Assembly (NCBI GenBank): GCA_023128415.1
Contig: JAGMEA010000019.1
Coordinates: 1 to 61,219, forward strand
Reading direction: 5' to 3'
Length of the DNA: 61,219 bases
Origin: Candidatus Babeliales bacterium
GTDB taxonomy: Bacteria > Babelota > Babeliae > Babelales > UBA12411
Shown here: one piece after another, positions 39,655 to 48,546 of the stretch
Layout of the letters: each line of letters begins with the position of its first letter
Numbering within the stretch: the first letter of the stretch is position 1
Position numbers and translations under genes: made by a program
The notes under the pieces: model-generated
The model's database searches: none
Seen by the model: the letters and a program-made list of their open reading frames with translations, nothing else
Told to the model about the DNA's origin: nothing

Positions 39655-40537
39655 TAAAAAAAAGGGCTGGAAAAAAAAACCTCCTTTAGAAGAAATAAAG
39701 ATTATGATAATGGATTTTTTTAAAGTTCTCTCAGAAGAATTAGATAAAAGCTTAGATATAAATATAAAAATAGAAAATAACTTGAAAGAAAAACTCCTAT
39801 ACTTTCCATCTAAAATTAAATCCATGCAAGTAACAACAATCGATAATATGTCCTTGATAGATTCAAAACTTTCATCAAATACCTTTAATGCTATCTGCGA
39901 CGGAACGATCACAAAAGAATTAGCTCAACAAGTAGTAGACTATTATCAAAAAATTAATTCCCCAATGGCCTGGTGGATAGGACCAAATTCACAAAAAAAT
40001 GATACTGATGAAGTTTTAAAATCTGCGGGACTAGTACACGATGAGACGGATGTTGGAATGTTTTGTGATCTATCGAAAATACCAGATAGTTATCCAATGC
40101 CGAAAACTCTAAAAATTAAAATCTGTAAAACCCCTCAAGACTTTATAGATTTTGGAGAAGCAGCATCTACTTGCTTTGACTCACCAGACAATATAAATGT
40201 TAAAAAATTTTACAAACAAGTTGGACTCCTTAATAAGAAAGATTTTTCCAACTCTGTTTCATATATTGGATATGAAAATGATCAACCAATAGCTACAGCT
40301 TTTCTCCTATTGACAGATGTTGCCGGTATTTATGATATTACAACACACCCTGAAAAAAGAAATAAGGGTTATGGCTCTGCTATGTTCTATAAAGTATTAG
40401 CTGAAGCCAAAGAGCGTGGATATAAAGTTGGGGTCTTAGAAGCATCACCATCAGGTCTGAATATTTATAAAAGATTTGGATTTGAAGAAATCTGCAAATT
40501 CAATGTGTGGAGCAACAAAGGAATTATTAAAAAATGA
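39611..40537 (+). CDS. GNAT family N-acetyltransferase. Its 5' part, in this frame, continues the HEPN domain.
   Basis: The C-terminal half has IATAFLLLTDVAGIYDITTHPEKRNKGYGSAMFYKVLAEAKERGYKVGVLEASPSGLNIYKRFGFEE (motif A R-x-x-G-x-G). This frame is open from 39593. The true start is uncertain (39611, 39702 or 39824). Confidence 0.75.
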   Translation: MECRYGPSITVFNRNKKKGWKKKPPLEEIKIMIMDFFKVLSEELDKSLDINIKIENNLKEKLLYFPSKIKSMQVTTIDNMSLIDSKLSSNTFNAICDGTITKELAQQVVDYYQKINSPMAWWIGPNSQKNDTDEVLKSAGLVHDETDVGMFCDLSKIPDSYPMPKTLKIKICKTPQDFIDFGEAASTCFDSPDNINVKKFYKQVGLLNKKDFSNSVSYIGYENDQPIATAFLLLTDVAGIYDITTHPEKRNKGYGSAMFYKVLAEAKERGYKVGVLEASPSGLNIYKRFGFEEICKFNVWSNKGIIKK

Positions 40538-40543
40538 AGCTAC

Positions 40544-40572
40544 TTGACGCGGTGCGTCAAAAGTGTTACACT
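40544..40572 (+). promoter_or_regulatory. candidate promoter with palindromic operators for the relBE-like operon
   Basis: TTGACG-N17-TACACT. The -35 lies within the palindrome TTGACGC-GGT-GCGTCAA, and the -10 within the near-palindrome AGTGTTACACT. It sits 48 nt upstream of the antitoxin ATG. Confidence 0.5.
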
Positions 40573-40620
40573 TAAACATGAAATTGATAATTATTAATCG
40601 CTGGTCGAGATGGGGTTATT

Positions 40621-40842
40621 ATGCCTACCAAAAATCCTAGAGTTAACATTACTTTTGAAGAAGCAACGGCTGCTATGCTTAGTTCTTTAGCAAAGCAAGA
40701 ACAAAAGTCTTTATCTAGTTTAGCTAAAGAACTAATTCTAGAAGCATTAGAGAGAAGAGAAGATATGGTTTTATCTTCAATTGCAAAAACTCGTGATTCG
40801 GGAAAAGGAAAAAAAATAAAGCATAAAGATGTCTGGAAATAA
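40621..40842 (+). CDS. type II antitoxin, RelB/ParD-like (ribbon-helix-helix)
   Basis: 73 aa. RVNITFEEATAAMLSSLAKQE is an RHH-like N-terminus. It overlaps the toxin ORF by 14 nt. Confidence 0.7.
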   Translation: MPTKNPRVNITFEEATAAMLSSLAKQEQKSLSSLAKELILEALERREDMVLSSIAKTRDSGKGKKIKHKDVWK

Positions 40843-41110
40843 GCCGTATAAAGTTGAATACCTAACCTCTGTTATTGATGAGGACATTTCTAAGCTAAAT
40901 AAAAAAATAAAATTGATGATTAAAAGGGCAATAGAGAAACAACTAATGCTTGATCCTATTGGATTCGGTAAACCCTTGCGCTACAGCTTAAAGGGACATA
41001 GGCGTTTACGTGTTAGTAACTATAGAGTCGTATATCGTATTAACGCTAATTCAAATGTAATTCTTATTGTAGCAATAAAACATAGAAAAGAAATTTACGA
41101 AAAATTATAG
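40829..41110 (+). CDS. relE: type II toxin, RelE/ParE superfamily
   Basis: 93 aa. DPIGFGKPLRYSLKGHRRLRVSNYRVVYRINANSNVILIVAIKHRKEIY is the classical RelE/StbE pattern. Confidence 0.85.
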   Translation: MSGNKPYKVEYLTSVIDEDISKLNKKIKLMIKRAIEKQLMLDPIGFGKPLRYSLKGHRRLRVSNYRVVYRINANSNVILIVAIKHRKEIYEKL

Positions 41111-41199
41111 TCGCTTCACAAACAACTATATAAAATTTATCTAAATACTTTTAACCCACACAACACTCTTGCTATATCTGATTCTAAAAAGGAGTAGCT

Positions 41200-41412
41200 A
41201 TGTCCACCGAAAATATAAATTACGATTTAGTAAAACTACTTAAATCAAAAATGGATAATGTTTGGAGACTAGAAAAGTTTTACTGTAAAGACGCAGAAGA
41301 CGCTAACTGCAAAAGCTTGGAAAGCTTAAAACAAATCTTAGAAAATGAAAGTCTGCATGTAAAAATGTTAAAAGAAGCTATAAAAGAAAGAATGGATGCT
41401 GGAATTTTTTAA
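41200..41412 (+). CDS. small hypothetical protein
   Basis: 70-aa helical ORF preceded by AAGGAG. No recognised motif. Confidence 0.35.
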   Translation: MSTENINYDLVKLLKSKMDNVWRLEKFYCKDAEDANCKSLESLKQILENESLHVKMLKEAIKERMDAGIF

Positions 41413-41432
41413 ATAATAAAGGTTTTTAGATT

Positions 41433-41648
41433 ATGATGTACGAAATTAGTAAAACACTAATTAGATTAGGATTAGCATTAATCTTAATAGGAGTAATAGT
41501 ACGGTTTATTCCACGATTTGATTTTGCACCACTTCCTGGAGATATAGTAATTAGAAGAGAAAATTTTACTTTTTATCTTCCTATTACAACAATGATTTTA
41601 ATAAGTCTTCTCCTAACAGTGTTTGCCAATTTATTTTTTAGAAAATAA
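41433..41648 (+). CDS. DUF2905-like small membrane protein
   Basis: PLPGDIVIRRENFTFYLPITTMILISLLLT matches the DUF2905 signature as I recall it. Confidence 0.55.
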   Translation: MMYEISKTLIRLGLALILIGVIVRFIPRFDFAPLPGDIVIRRENFTFYLPITTMILISLLLTVFANLFFRK

Positions 41649-42257
41649 TTATTCTGTACCAAAATATCGATCACCAAAATCACCAAGACCCGGAACTATG
41701 AATTTTTTATCATTAAGCTCCGGGTCTATTTGTGCCACATATATTTTAATCTTAGGAAACGCTTTTTGTATCCTATCTACACCTTCTTGTGCCGCAATTA
41801 CGGCAACAAAAACAATTTTTTCCTCTTTGATTCCTGTATCCAGTAAAATTTTTAGAGCAGCCTCTCCACTTCCCCCTGTAGCTATCATAGGATCTAAAAC
41901 AAGTACGTTATCTTCTGATCCAACCTTAGGAATATTAGAGTAATAAAGCTTTGGGTCTGCAGTTTCTTCATCACGCCTAAGACCAACAAAGCCCACACCT
42001 GCCCCCTGATAATAATTCATAAAAGGTTCCATCAACAAAATTCCGGAGCGTAAAATTGGAACCAAGATACAATCATTTTTTAATTTAACTCCATTGGCTG
42101 TGTCCACAGGAGTTTTGAGAGAAAAAGAATCTTTTTGTAAAAATTGCGATGTTTCTGCGGCTAAAATAGACCCTAGTTTATAAGCAGCTGTTCTAAATTC
42201 AGCACGTGCAGTATCTTTGTTTCTTAAAATAGTTAATAGTATGTCTTTCATTTCCAA
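41649..42257 (-). CDS. upp: uracil phosphoribosyltransferase
   Basis: VPILRSG, VLVLDPMIATGGS (PRPP loop), C-terminal VPGLGDFGDRYFGT. Confidence 0.9.
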   Translation of the reverse strand: MEMKDILLTILRNKDTARAEFRTAAYKLGSILAAETSQFLQKDSFSLKTPVDTANGVKLKNDCILVPILRSGILLMEPFMNYYQGAGVGFVGLRRDEETADPKLYYSNIPKVGSEDNVLVLDPMIATGGSGEAALKILLDTGIKEEKIVFVAVIAAQEGVDRIQKAFPKIKIYVAQIDPELNDKKFIVPGLGDFGDRYFGTE

Positions 42258-42342
42258 ATCCTACTTTTCTTTTCAAAATACTTGAATACAGAATAAAACA
42301 TGCGATAAATCTAAGTCAACATGCCTTATACTTGAGGAAACT

Positions 42343-42978
42343 ATGTTATTTAAAAATAGAAAAGATGCCGGAATAAAACTCGTCCGAAAACTTAACAACT
42401 ATAAAAACAACAAGGATGTTTTAGTGATAGGACTACCTCGTGGTGGTGTTATTGTCGCATATGAAGTGGCAAAAAATTTAAATGCCAAGCTAGATATTAT
42501 TGTTGTTAGAAAAATTGGTGCACCATTTAGACCAGAACTAGCAATAGGAGCAATCACTCAAGATGGTGAACTAATACTAGATAATGAACTTTTTCAGTCC
42601 CTAGGAGTAAAAAAAGAATATTTAGATCAACAAGTTGAAATAGAAAAAAAAGAAGCTCAACGTAGATTAAATTTATACAGAAAAAATCGTTCACCGTTAC
42701 AATTAAAAGACAAAATCATAATTTTAGTTGATGATGGAATAGCAACAGGTTCATCAATACTGGTAGCTATAAAATCTATTAAATCCAAACAACCTCAAAA
42801 AATAATTGTCGCTGTTCCTGTTGCCCCACCAGATATTTTTAAAAAAATCGAAAAAGAAATTGACGAATTTATTTGCTTAGAAATACCAAGCTGTTTTGAT
42901 GCTGTAGGGAGTTTCTATGGAACCTTTCCACAAACAGAAGATGAGGAAGTTATAGAAGTATTGTCTGGAGAAATTTAG
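42343..42978 (+). CDS. phosphoribosyltransferase-domain protein
   Basis: FKNRKDAG N-terminus, GLPRGGV, IILVDDGIATGSS PRPP-binding motif. Confidence 0.75.
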   Translation: MLFKNRKDAGIKLVRKLNNYKNNKDVLVIGLPRGGVIVAYEVAKNLNAKLDIIVVRKIGAPFRPELAIGAITQDGELILDNELFQSLGVKKEYLDQQVEIEKKEAQRRLNLYRKNRSPLQLKDKIIILVDDGIATGSSILVAIKSIKSKQPQKIIVAVPVAPPDIFKKIEKEIDEFICLEIPSCFDAVGSFYGTFPQTEDEEVIEVLSGEI

Positions 42979-43020
42979 ATATGTTATCTTTCGTGAAAAG
43001 TTAAAAATAAAGGATAAAAT

Positions 43021-43539
43021 ATGAATAAAAATCTCACTTTAAAATATTCTGCTCTTTTTCTTGTAGCATTAATAACAATAAATATGGGTGGCGGTGGAGA
43101 AACAAGCATCCTTCCTGATCCTTACCATACAGAATTAGAAGATGATCAAAAGGTCTTCGTAGCAACTCTTTTACAAAATGGTGAGGGAAAAAAGGTTAAA
43201 AAAATAAATTTTGCAGGAAAAACAACTATTGAAAACGTTAAAGAAGAAGGGCAAAATCCTGCCATATCAATTTCTAGAACCATAGACTTATCTACAACTA
43301 AAAAACTGACAATCGTGGATATGGCTAAAGATCCTAAATACGTAATAGTAAACCAAGAAAAAACTGATGGCTCCACTGTCGACAACCTTTTGGTTCCTAA
43401 AAATATCATCGTATCTGGAATAGGCTTAGGAACAGGAATAAAAGGTGACAGAATCTATGGCCGTTTACATATTTTTAGTGCAATAGAAATACATCACGGT
43501 GAATCCGGGAGAGCTCAAGAAAAAGATATTATTAATTAA
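43021..43539 (+). CDS. hypothetical secreted protein
   Basis: N-terminal hydrophobic segment. No recognised motif. Confidence 0.4.
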   Translation: MNKNLTLKYSALFLVALITINMGGGGETSILPDPYHTELEDDQKVFVATLLQNGEGKKVKKINFAGKTTIENVKEEGQNPAISISRTIDLSTTKKLTIVDMAKDPKYVIVNQEKTDGSTVDNLLVPKNIIVSGIGLGTGIKGDRIYGRLHIFSAIEIHHGESGRAQEKDIIN

Positions 43540-43577
43540 AATCTAATGGGCTCAAAGAATTTACCTACTTAAAATTT

Positions 43578-44207
43578 TTAATTAGTAATACAGTATGTTT
43601 CTTTAAAGTATCTCTTCGCGTCCTCCATGCCGAAAGATCTTTCTACCATCTCATCAAGGCTTTCGGAAGTATCATCTATATATCTATCCCATTCAAGTAA
43701 AGCTTCATCTACTTCTTCTACAGTCATTGTAGACTCTGCTAATTGATATACTAATGCCCAAGGCAATAATCCATTTGCAAGAAAATAGTCTCCTAATTCT
43801 TCGTCATCAGGAAAAGTACATGTAGAACCTACAGGCGCCTCTGTTGCGGATGCTGCCATTGGAGCAGTAATTAGCATCGATAAGAAAAGTGTCCCTAAAA
43901 AAGCTTTTTTTGATAATCTAAAACTGGGGTTTTTTCCAAAAGATCTCCTAATAAATTTCCGAACTAAACCTTTTGCTATTTCAAAAGATTGACCGTCTAT
44001 GGCCTTTGGTTGTCCAATACTTGTTTTTCTCAAATATCTAGTTAGATTTCGGGAATCTTGCATTTGTTGATGTCTATCTGGAGTTTTATATGATCGGTAA
44101 CCTTTTACAACTGCTTTATCATGTTTATATCTGTTACCACCAGGAAATAAAGTGCTTAAAGAAAATGTTGCTAATATTAGAAAAAGCATTTGTTTTAAAA
44201 TATTCAT
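43578..44207 (-). CDS. hypothetical secreted protein
   Basis: Signal peptide, basic middle region, second hydrophobic helix, acidic C-terminus. Confidence 0.4.
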   Translation of the reverse strand: MNILKQMLFLILATFSLSTLFPGGNRYKHDKAVVKGYRSYKTPDRHQQMQDSRNLTRYLRKTSIGQPKAIDGQSFEIAKGLVRKFIRRSFGKNPSFRLSKKAFLGTLFLSMLITAPMAASATEAPVGSTCTFPDDEELGDYFLANGLLPWALVYQLAESTMTVEEVDEALLEWDRYIDDTSESLDEMVERSFGMEDAKRYFKETYCITN

Positions 44208-44369
44208 TAATTAATCTTTCAATTTAATATGTTTAAAAAAATTCAATCTTATCAAAAATACATAATGCATTAACCTTATGGACACTTCTTAATAATATCT
44301 AAAAATTTAAATCACTTAAAACGGGCCTATGATCCGAAGGATACAATTCTTTTTTAAAATTATTATCCC

Positions 44370-44408
44370 AAAAAAACCGGTAGGTTTTACCTAATTGGCA
44401 AAACCTAC
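44370..44408 (-). terminator. rho-independent terminator after the AbrB-like gene
   Basis: Minus strand: GTAGGTTTT-GCCAATTAGGT-AAAACCTAC, followed by CGGTTTTTTT. Confidence 0.6.
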
Positions 44409-44426
44409 TCTTTAATCCCTTAACAG

Positions 44427-44861
44427 CTATTGCTTAATTTTTCCATCTACAACATTAGAATAAAACGGATATCCTAATGCAATAGCTGCCTCTTTCATTT
44501 CTTTATCCATTTTAGCCAACTCAGGAACATATTTGAGGCGAAGAGCTAAAAATTCTTTAAGCATGTTCATAGAATCTGGATTCTTTTCAACGGTTTGACA
44601 AAATTGACGCATTTGCCCTTCCATAAGCCCCTTCATTGGACTAGCAGAACCAGTAATAGATTCTATTCTATTATGAATATTTTCAACATCTAACACAATA
44701 GAATCTGTTGGCTTTGCCTTTTCTGAAGCCTTTATGATAAGGACATCACCTTCGATTCTCAATTTTAATATAGAACCTTCACTTATATTAAGTAGCTCTA
44801 AAATGGCACGATCAAATACCAATGCATTGCTGTTTCCATATTTAACCAATTTTTTAAGCAT
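44427..44861 (-). CDS. AbrB/MazE/SpoVT-type DNA-binding domain protein with a roughly 90-aa C-terminal extension
   Basis: N-terminus KLVKYGNSNALVFDRAILELLNISEGSILKLRIEGDVLII is a swapped-hairpin barrel antitoxin-like motif. No obvious toxin partner lies adjacent. Confidence 0.6.
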   Translation of the reverse strand: MLKKLVKYGNSNALVFDRAILELLNISEGSILKLRIEGDVLIIKASEKAKPTDSIVLDVENIHNRIESITGSASPMKGLMEGQMRQFCQTVEKNPDSMNMLKEFLALRLKYVPELAKMDKEMKEAAIALGYPFYSNVVDGKIKQ

Positions 44862-44993
44862 TGTTTTTCCTATAAATCTTTATGCGTTATTACGATGTAG
44901 AGCCAAAACATGATACAATGTAGTAACTTTGTCAAATAGGGCGATATAATCGTATAAACAATTAAAATTTTGTACAAGGATTTAGTAAGATAT

Positions 44994-45043
44994 TAAAGGC
45001 AAATTGGCTGGAGATAGCCGACACACTTCGAACTTTTGATTGG
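44994..45043. repeat. conserved intergenic repeat, copy A
   Basis: TTGGCTGGAGATAGCCGACACACTTCGAACTTTTGATTGG. It ends 8 nt from the stop of the ATPase gene. Confidence 0.9.
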
Positions 45044-45050
45044 ATAATCT

Positions 45051-46172
45051 TTATAAAAATAGATTTGATAGGTATTTTTCAGCGTCCAATATCCTGATTC
45101 CCATTTTCTTTTGTTCATGACGTAAAAATTGAACTAACTGAATAGCTGGATAATTATATCTTTCATGAAAATGAATTAATGATCTGCTAAGCACACTATT
45201 AGATAACTTTACCTCGATAATACTTTCAACCTCTTTCTGGCACACTAAGGCAAAATCTACTTCCAATCCATCTTTTGTTCTCAAGTAATGTAAAGCATAT
45301 TCCTTAGCTTGATAATCAATTTTGGCACAAACATCCTTAAGTAAACTAACCGCAACTAGATTCTCTAATTTTGCACCATCATCGCCCTGAACAAGACCTG
45401 TATCAAAAAAATACAGTTTTGGTTCTTTTAATAGGCTTCGTGCAATATTTTTTGAATAAGGAGTCACCCTAAAAATAATAAATAAAGCTTCTAATATTTG
45501 AATATATTTTTTTATAGTTGTTGGTGACACTGCAACGTCTTCAGATAAAGACTGATAAGAAACAGGGGTTCCAACCTTATTTCTTAATAAATTAAAAACA
45601 AGCTGCATAGCTTTTACATTATAAACTTTGTCTATCTCAAAAATATCCGTACTTAAGAGACTATTAATGTATTGTAGTCGCCACCTATCAGCATTAATAT
45701 CATCTTTTGATAAATAAGGCTCAGGAAACCCGCTGCGTGTTATTAACATCTCCATATTAATAGGTTCACCCAGCTGTTTAAGTTCAGCCAAAGAAAGTGG
45801 ATATAAGCTATGGCGAAAATATCTTCCAGCTAAAGAATCGCCTAACTGATTGTAAATATCTAATCTCGCACTACCAGTTACCAATATGCGCATTGATTCT
45901 GGCTTTGTATCATATACCCCTTTAAGATAGTTCTTCCAGCCTTCCATCTTATGTAATTCATCAAGAATCAAAAGATCTGTTGTTGGCAACCAGGACTGCG
46001 CATTAATAACTTCACGATCCAAAACTTGATCATAATTTAGATAAACACCTCTAGAAAATTCCCTAGCAATCTCTTTTGCTAACCACGTTTTCCCTGTTTG
46101 ACGTGGGCCCACAATAAGTACAATTTTCTTCTCTAGATCCTTAAGAATCATTTTCTTTTGTATTCTGTTCAT
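45051..46172 (-). CDS. AAA+ ATPase (AAA_14 / DUF4143-type) with a C-terminal PD-(D/E)xK-like motif
   Basis: Walker A GPRQTGKT, Walker B LILDELHK. The C-terminus GLEVDFALVCQKEVESIIEVKLS fits D...ExK. Confidence 0.8.
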   Translation of the reverse strand: MNRIQKKMILKDLEKKIVLIVGPRQTGKTWLAKEIAREFSRGVYLNYDQVLDREVINAQSWLPTTDLLILDELHKMEGWKNYLKGVYDTKPESMRILVTGSARLDIYNQLGDSLAGRYFRHSLYPLSLAELKQLGEPINMEMLITRSGFPEPYLSKDDINADRWRLQYINSLLSTDIFEIDKVYNVKAMQLVFNLLRNKVGTPVSYQSLSEDVAVSPTTIKKYIQILEALFIIFRVTPYSKNIARSLLKEPKLYFFDTGLVQGDDGAKLENLVAVSLLKDVCAKIDYQAKEYALHYLRTKDGLEVDFALVCQKEVESIIEVKLSNSVLSRSLIHFHERYNYPAIQLVQFLRHEQKKMGIRILDAEKYLSNLFL

Positions 46173-46300
46173 TATCCCCTCAAATTTTTAGACCTTACTT
46201 TACGACTATAACATATTGCAATGGCGAAAAGTCAAGACTTTTATGCATTACGATGGTGAAAAGTCGGATTATTGTTATAGGAACATGTCTGAAATTTATT

Positions 46301-46333
46301 TGGCTGAGATAGCCCGTACACCGAACTATCGAG
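46301..46333. repeat. degenerate copy (F) of the intergenic repeat
   Basis: TGGCTGAGATAGCCCGTACACCGAACTATCGAG. It has the same orientation and the same order of GGCT..AGCC and CGAAC blocks. Confidence 0.6.
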
Positions 46334-46347
46334 TATAATATTATATA

Positions 46348-46440
46348 TGGAATGCTTTCTAACTTTGCAAAAAAGACGCCTAAGGAAGTTTCTAAACCAG
46401 CTAAACTAGGCTCCAAACATACATAGGAAGCCTTTCTAAT
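46348..46440 (-). pseudogene. about 90-nt relic of an APC-family permease gene, paralogous to 55633-56838
   Basis: By eye, DNA is about 80% identical to 56043-56135. Translation SYVCLEPSLAGLETSLGVFFAKLESIP compares with LYACLGPSLSGLEAPLGIFFTKLESIP in the intact gene. ORF 46195-46452 is otherwise meaningless. Confidence 0.65.
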
Positions 46441-46495
46441 ATTATAACTCATTGTACAAACATTCTGAGTATCTTTAAGAGGTTGAACCGACTAT

Positions 46496-46837
46496 TTAAT
46501 AATTAATTTCATTTTTTTCTAATTCCTCATACTTGTAATGTATAAAAAACAGACGGCAACGCTTACTAACCTCACATGGTTCCCATGATAAAACCATCGT
46601 AATTCTATCGAAAGAAACTATTGGGCAATAATCACTCGGTATATAAGAATTTTCAGGAAGAACGGGATTTTCAGGATTACCATCTTTTGAATACAAAAGA
46701 AATTCATGTGAAAAATTTGTACCCTGCAATGTTAACATTTTTTCAAGAGATGTAATACATTCAGAAGAACTATTTAACGACTTTTTAAGTAAAGATGCCT
46801 CTTTTTCTAATTCTTTTAAAGTTTTATCAAATGACAT
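46496..46837 (-). CDS. hypothetical protein
   Basis: 113-aa ORF, with GGAG 6 nt upstream of the ATG. No motif recognised. Confidence 0.35.
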   Translation of the reverse strand: MSFDKTLKELEKEASLLKKSLNSSSECITSLEKMLTLQGTNFSHEFLLYSKDGNPENPVLPENSYIPSDYCPIVSFDRITMVLSWEPCEVSKRCRLFFIHYKYEELEKNEINY

Positions 46838-47074
46838 TTCTACTCCTTATATTATAAATTTTATAAATATTATAAGTTTTATAACCGTAATCAAACGTTA
46901 AAAGGCCCAATCAAGGGAAAGAATTTTTTCTAAAAAGCATGAACTAACACAAAAATTTTTAAAAAACTCTTTGTAATCAATCAAAACAACTTAGATTAAT
47001 TACCTTGGTCTTAGTTTATTTTAATAAAAAAATCTAAAAAATCAAAATTCCACGCATCCTAGAGGGCAATGCTG

Positions 47075-47123
47075 TTACCAAACCTGGCTGGAGATAGCCG
47101 GCACGCTTCGAACTTTTGACTGG
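47075..47123. repeat. conserved intergenic repeat, copy B
   Basis: TTACCAAACCTGGCTGGAGATAGCCGGCACGCTTCGAACTTTTGACTGG. Confidence 0.9.
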
Positions 47124-47421
47124 CAAAGCTTATAAAAAAACCTAACTAATTCAAGACTTTATGAGAGAACTACCTAATTACAATATTTTTTCCAAAAATT
47201 AAGCCCCTCTTACTAGGACTCACTCAGTACTTAAACATTTCTGGGTAGCGTTGTTGAGGATGACTCTACTGAAATTAAAACAAGTCATAAACATGCTCTA
47301 AAATCCAAAATGTCATAATATTACCGTTCAGGTTAGGTACATTCATCAGAAGACAATGATACAATATAGGCAAACCCAACATTGCTATAAGTAACAAAAG
47401 TAAAGTTGCAGTAGAACTTTT

Positions 47422-47892
47422 TTAGGAGTTATTTTTATTAACGAAATAAAATCCGCCTAATTTAGTTCCGTATGCAAATGCTAAGAAAATAATTAATGCC
47501 AATAAATCGCAGAACGCTCCATTAACAAGTAGTGCCAAAACTGCAATAGGAATTATACCTATACCTAAAGAAGCAAGACCTATGTAAACACCTAGCGCAC
47601 CCCAAATAGCATAAGTTACACAGATCCCTTCAAGGCTTATCAATAGAAAGAAAAAAACTGATGAAATGATCATTCCTATGCCAGCATAGTTTCTTGTTTT
47701 TTCAAAAAAGCCAAGAGGAAGAAGGATTAATAAATTGAAAACAAAAACTATCCACGGAAACCAGCCTAACCATGTTAAAAAAAAATCTGCAAATCTAATA
47801 AGAACAGCAAGATGCATTATACACAATAGAAACATACCAATGAGAATAATAAATCCAATAAATAGATTCTTCAAATTTTTTAACATTTGCAC
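47422..47892 (-). CDS. small multi-pass membrane protein
   Basis: 156 aa with 4-5 hydrophobic helices. Confidence 0.45.
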   Translation of the reverse strand: MQMLKNLKNLFIGFIILIGMFLLCIMHLAVLIRFADFFLTWLGWFPWIVFVFNLLILLPLGFFEKTRNYAGIGMIISSVFFFLLISLEGICVTYAIWGALGVYIGLASLGIGIIPIAVLALLVNGAFCDLLALIIFLAFAYGTKLGGFYFVNKNNS

Positions 47893-47933
47893 GACATACC
47901 CCCATTTTTATAAAAAATAATCGTTTAATAATT

Positions 47934-48218
47934 CTATTTGCTTCTTGCGTAGGGATTAACATATTTATATCCACTACTAGGCTTAAAATATCCAGAGACT
48001 ATTTTTGTTTTTCTTAATCCATTTACACGACTAACTTGACCAAAGCCAGCATAAGGCGCCTTCTGTACATAACCTCTAGATTTACCATAATGCATGGAAT
48101 AACTTCTTCTGTTGGAAAAATTAGTAGAATAAGCGCATCTTCGAGCGAAAAAGGCATTCATAGGAACTACAAAGAGACATGTAAAAATAAGAATTTTTTG
48201 TATTTTTGATATCTTCAT
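47934..48218 (-). CDS. small basic secreted protein
   Basis: Signal peptide followed by an R/K/Y/G/S-rich sequence. Confidence 0.35.
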   Translation of the reverse strand: MKISKIQKILIFTCLFVVPMNAFFARRCAYSTNFSNRRSYSMHYGKSRGYVQKAPYAGFGQVSRVNGLRKTKIVSGYFKPSSGYKYVNPYARSK

Positions 48219-48430
48219 AATAACCCTCCAATTTATTATAAAATTCCCTATAATTTCATGTTATATTAGTTAGAAAGCCCCGTCAAAAGGCCTTTTAAGT
48301 AAAAAACAACCAAAAGCATAGATTTTTTTAGAAAATTGCTTATTTTATCAAGATAAATAGAACTAAATTATTCATCGATTTTGTTAAAAATTTTAACAAA
48401 ATAATGTGATTTAAAAATCTTTAGAGAACA

Positions 48431-48488
48431 TACAAAACCTTACCAAAGTTGGCTGGAGATAGCCGGCATACTACGAACTTTTGATTGG
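48431..48488. repeat. conserved intergenic repeat, copy C (long form)
   Basis: TACAAAACCTTACCAAAGTTGGCTGGAGATAGCCGGCATACTACGAACTTTTGATTGG. Confidence 0.9.
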
Positions 48489-48546
48489 AAAAATATAAGC
48501 CAACCCAACATTATTTATAAATTAAAGTCTTAATATCCAGGTTTTA

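Noticed and set aside
46195-46452. 85-aa ORF on the minus strand as a real gene
   Set aside because: Only about 30 residues resemble an internal permease segment. The rest reads through degenerate repeat copy F and promoter-like DNA. It is interpreted as a gene relic rather than a CDS.
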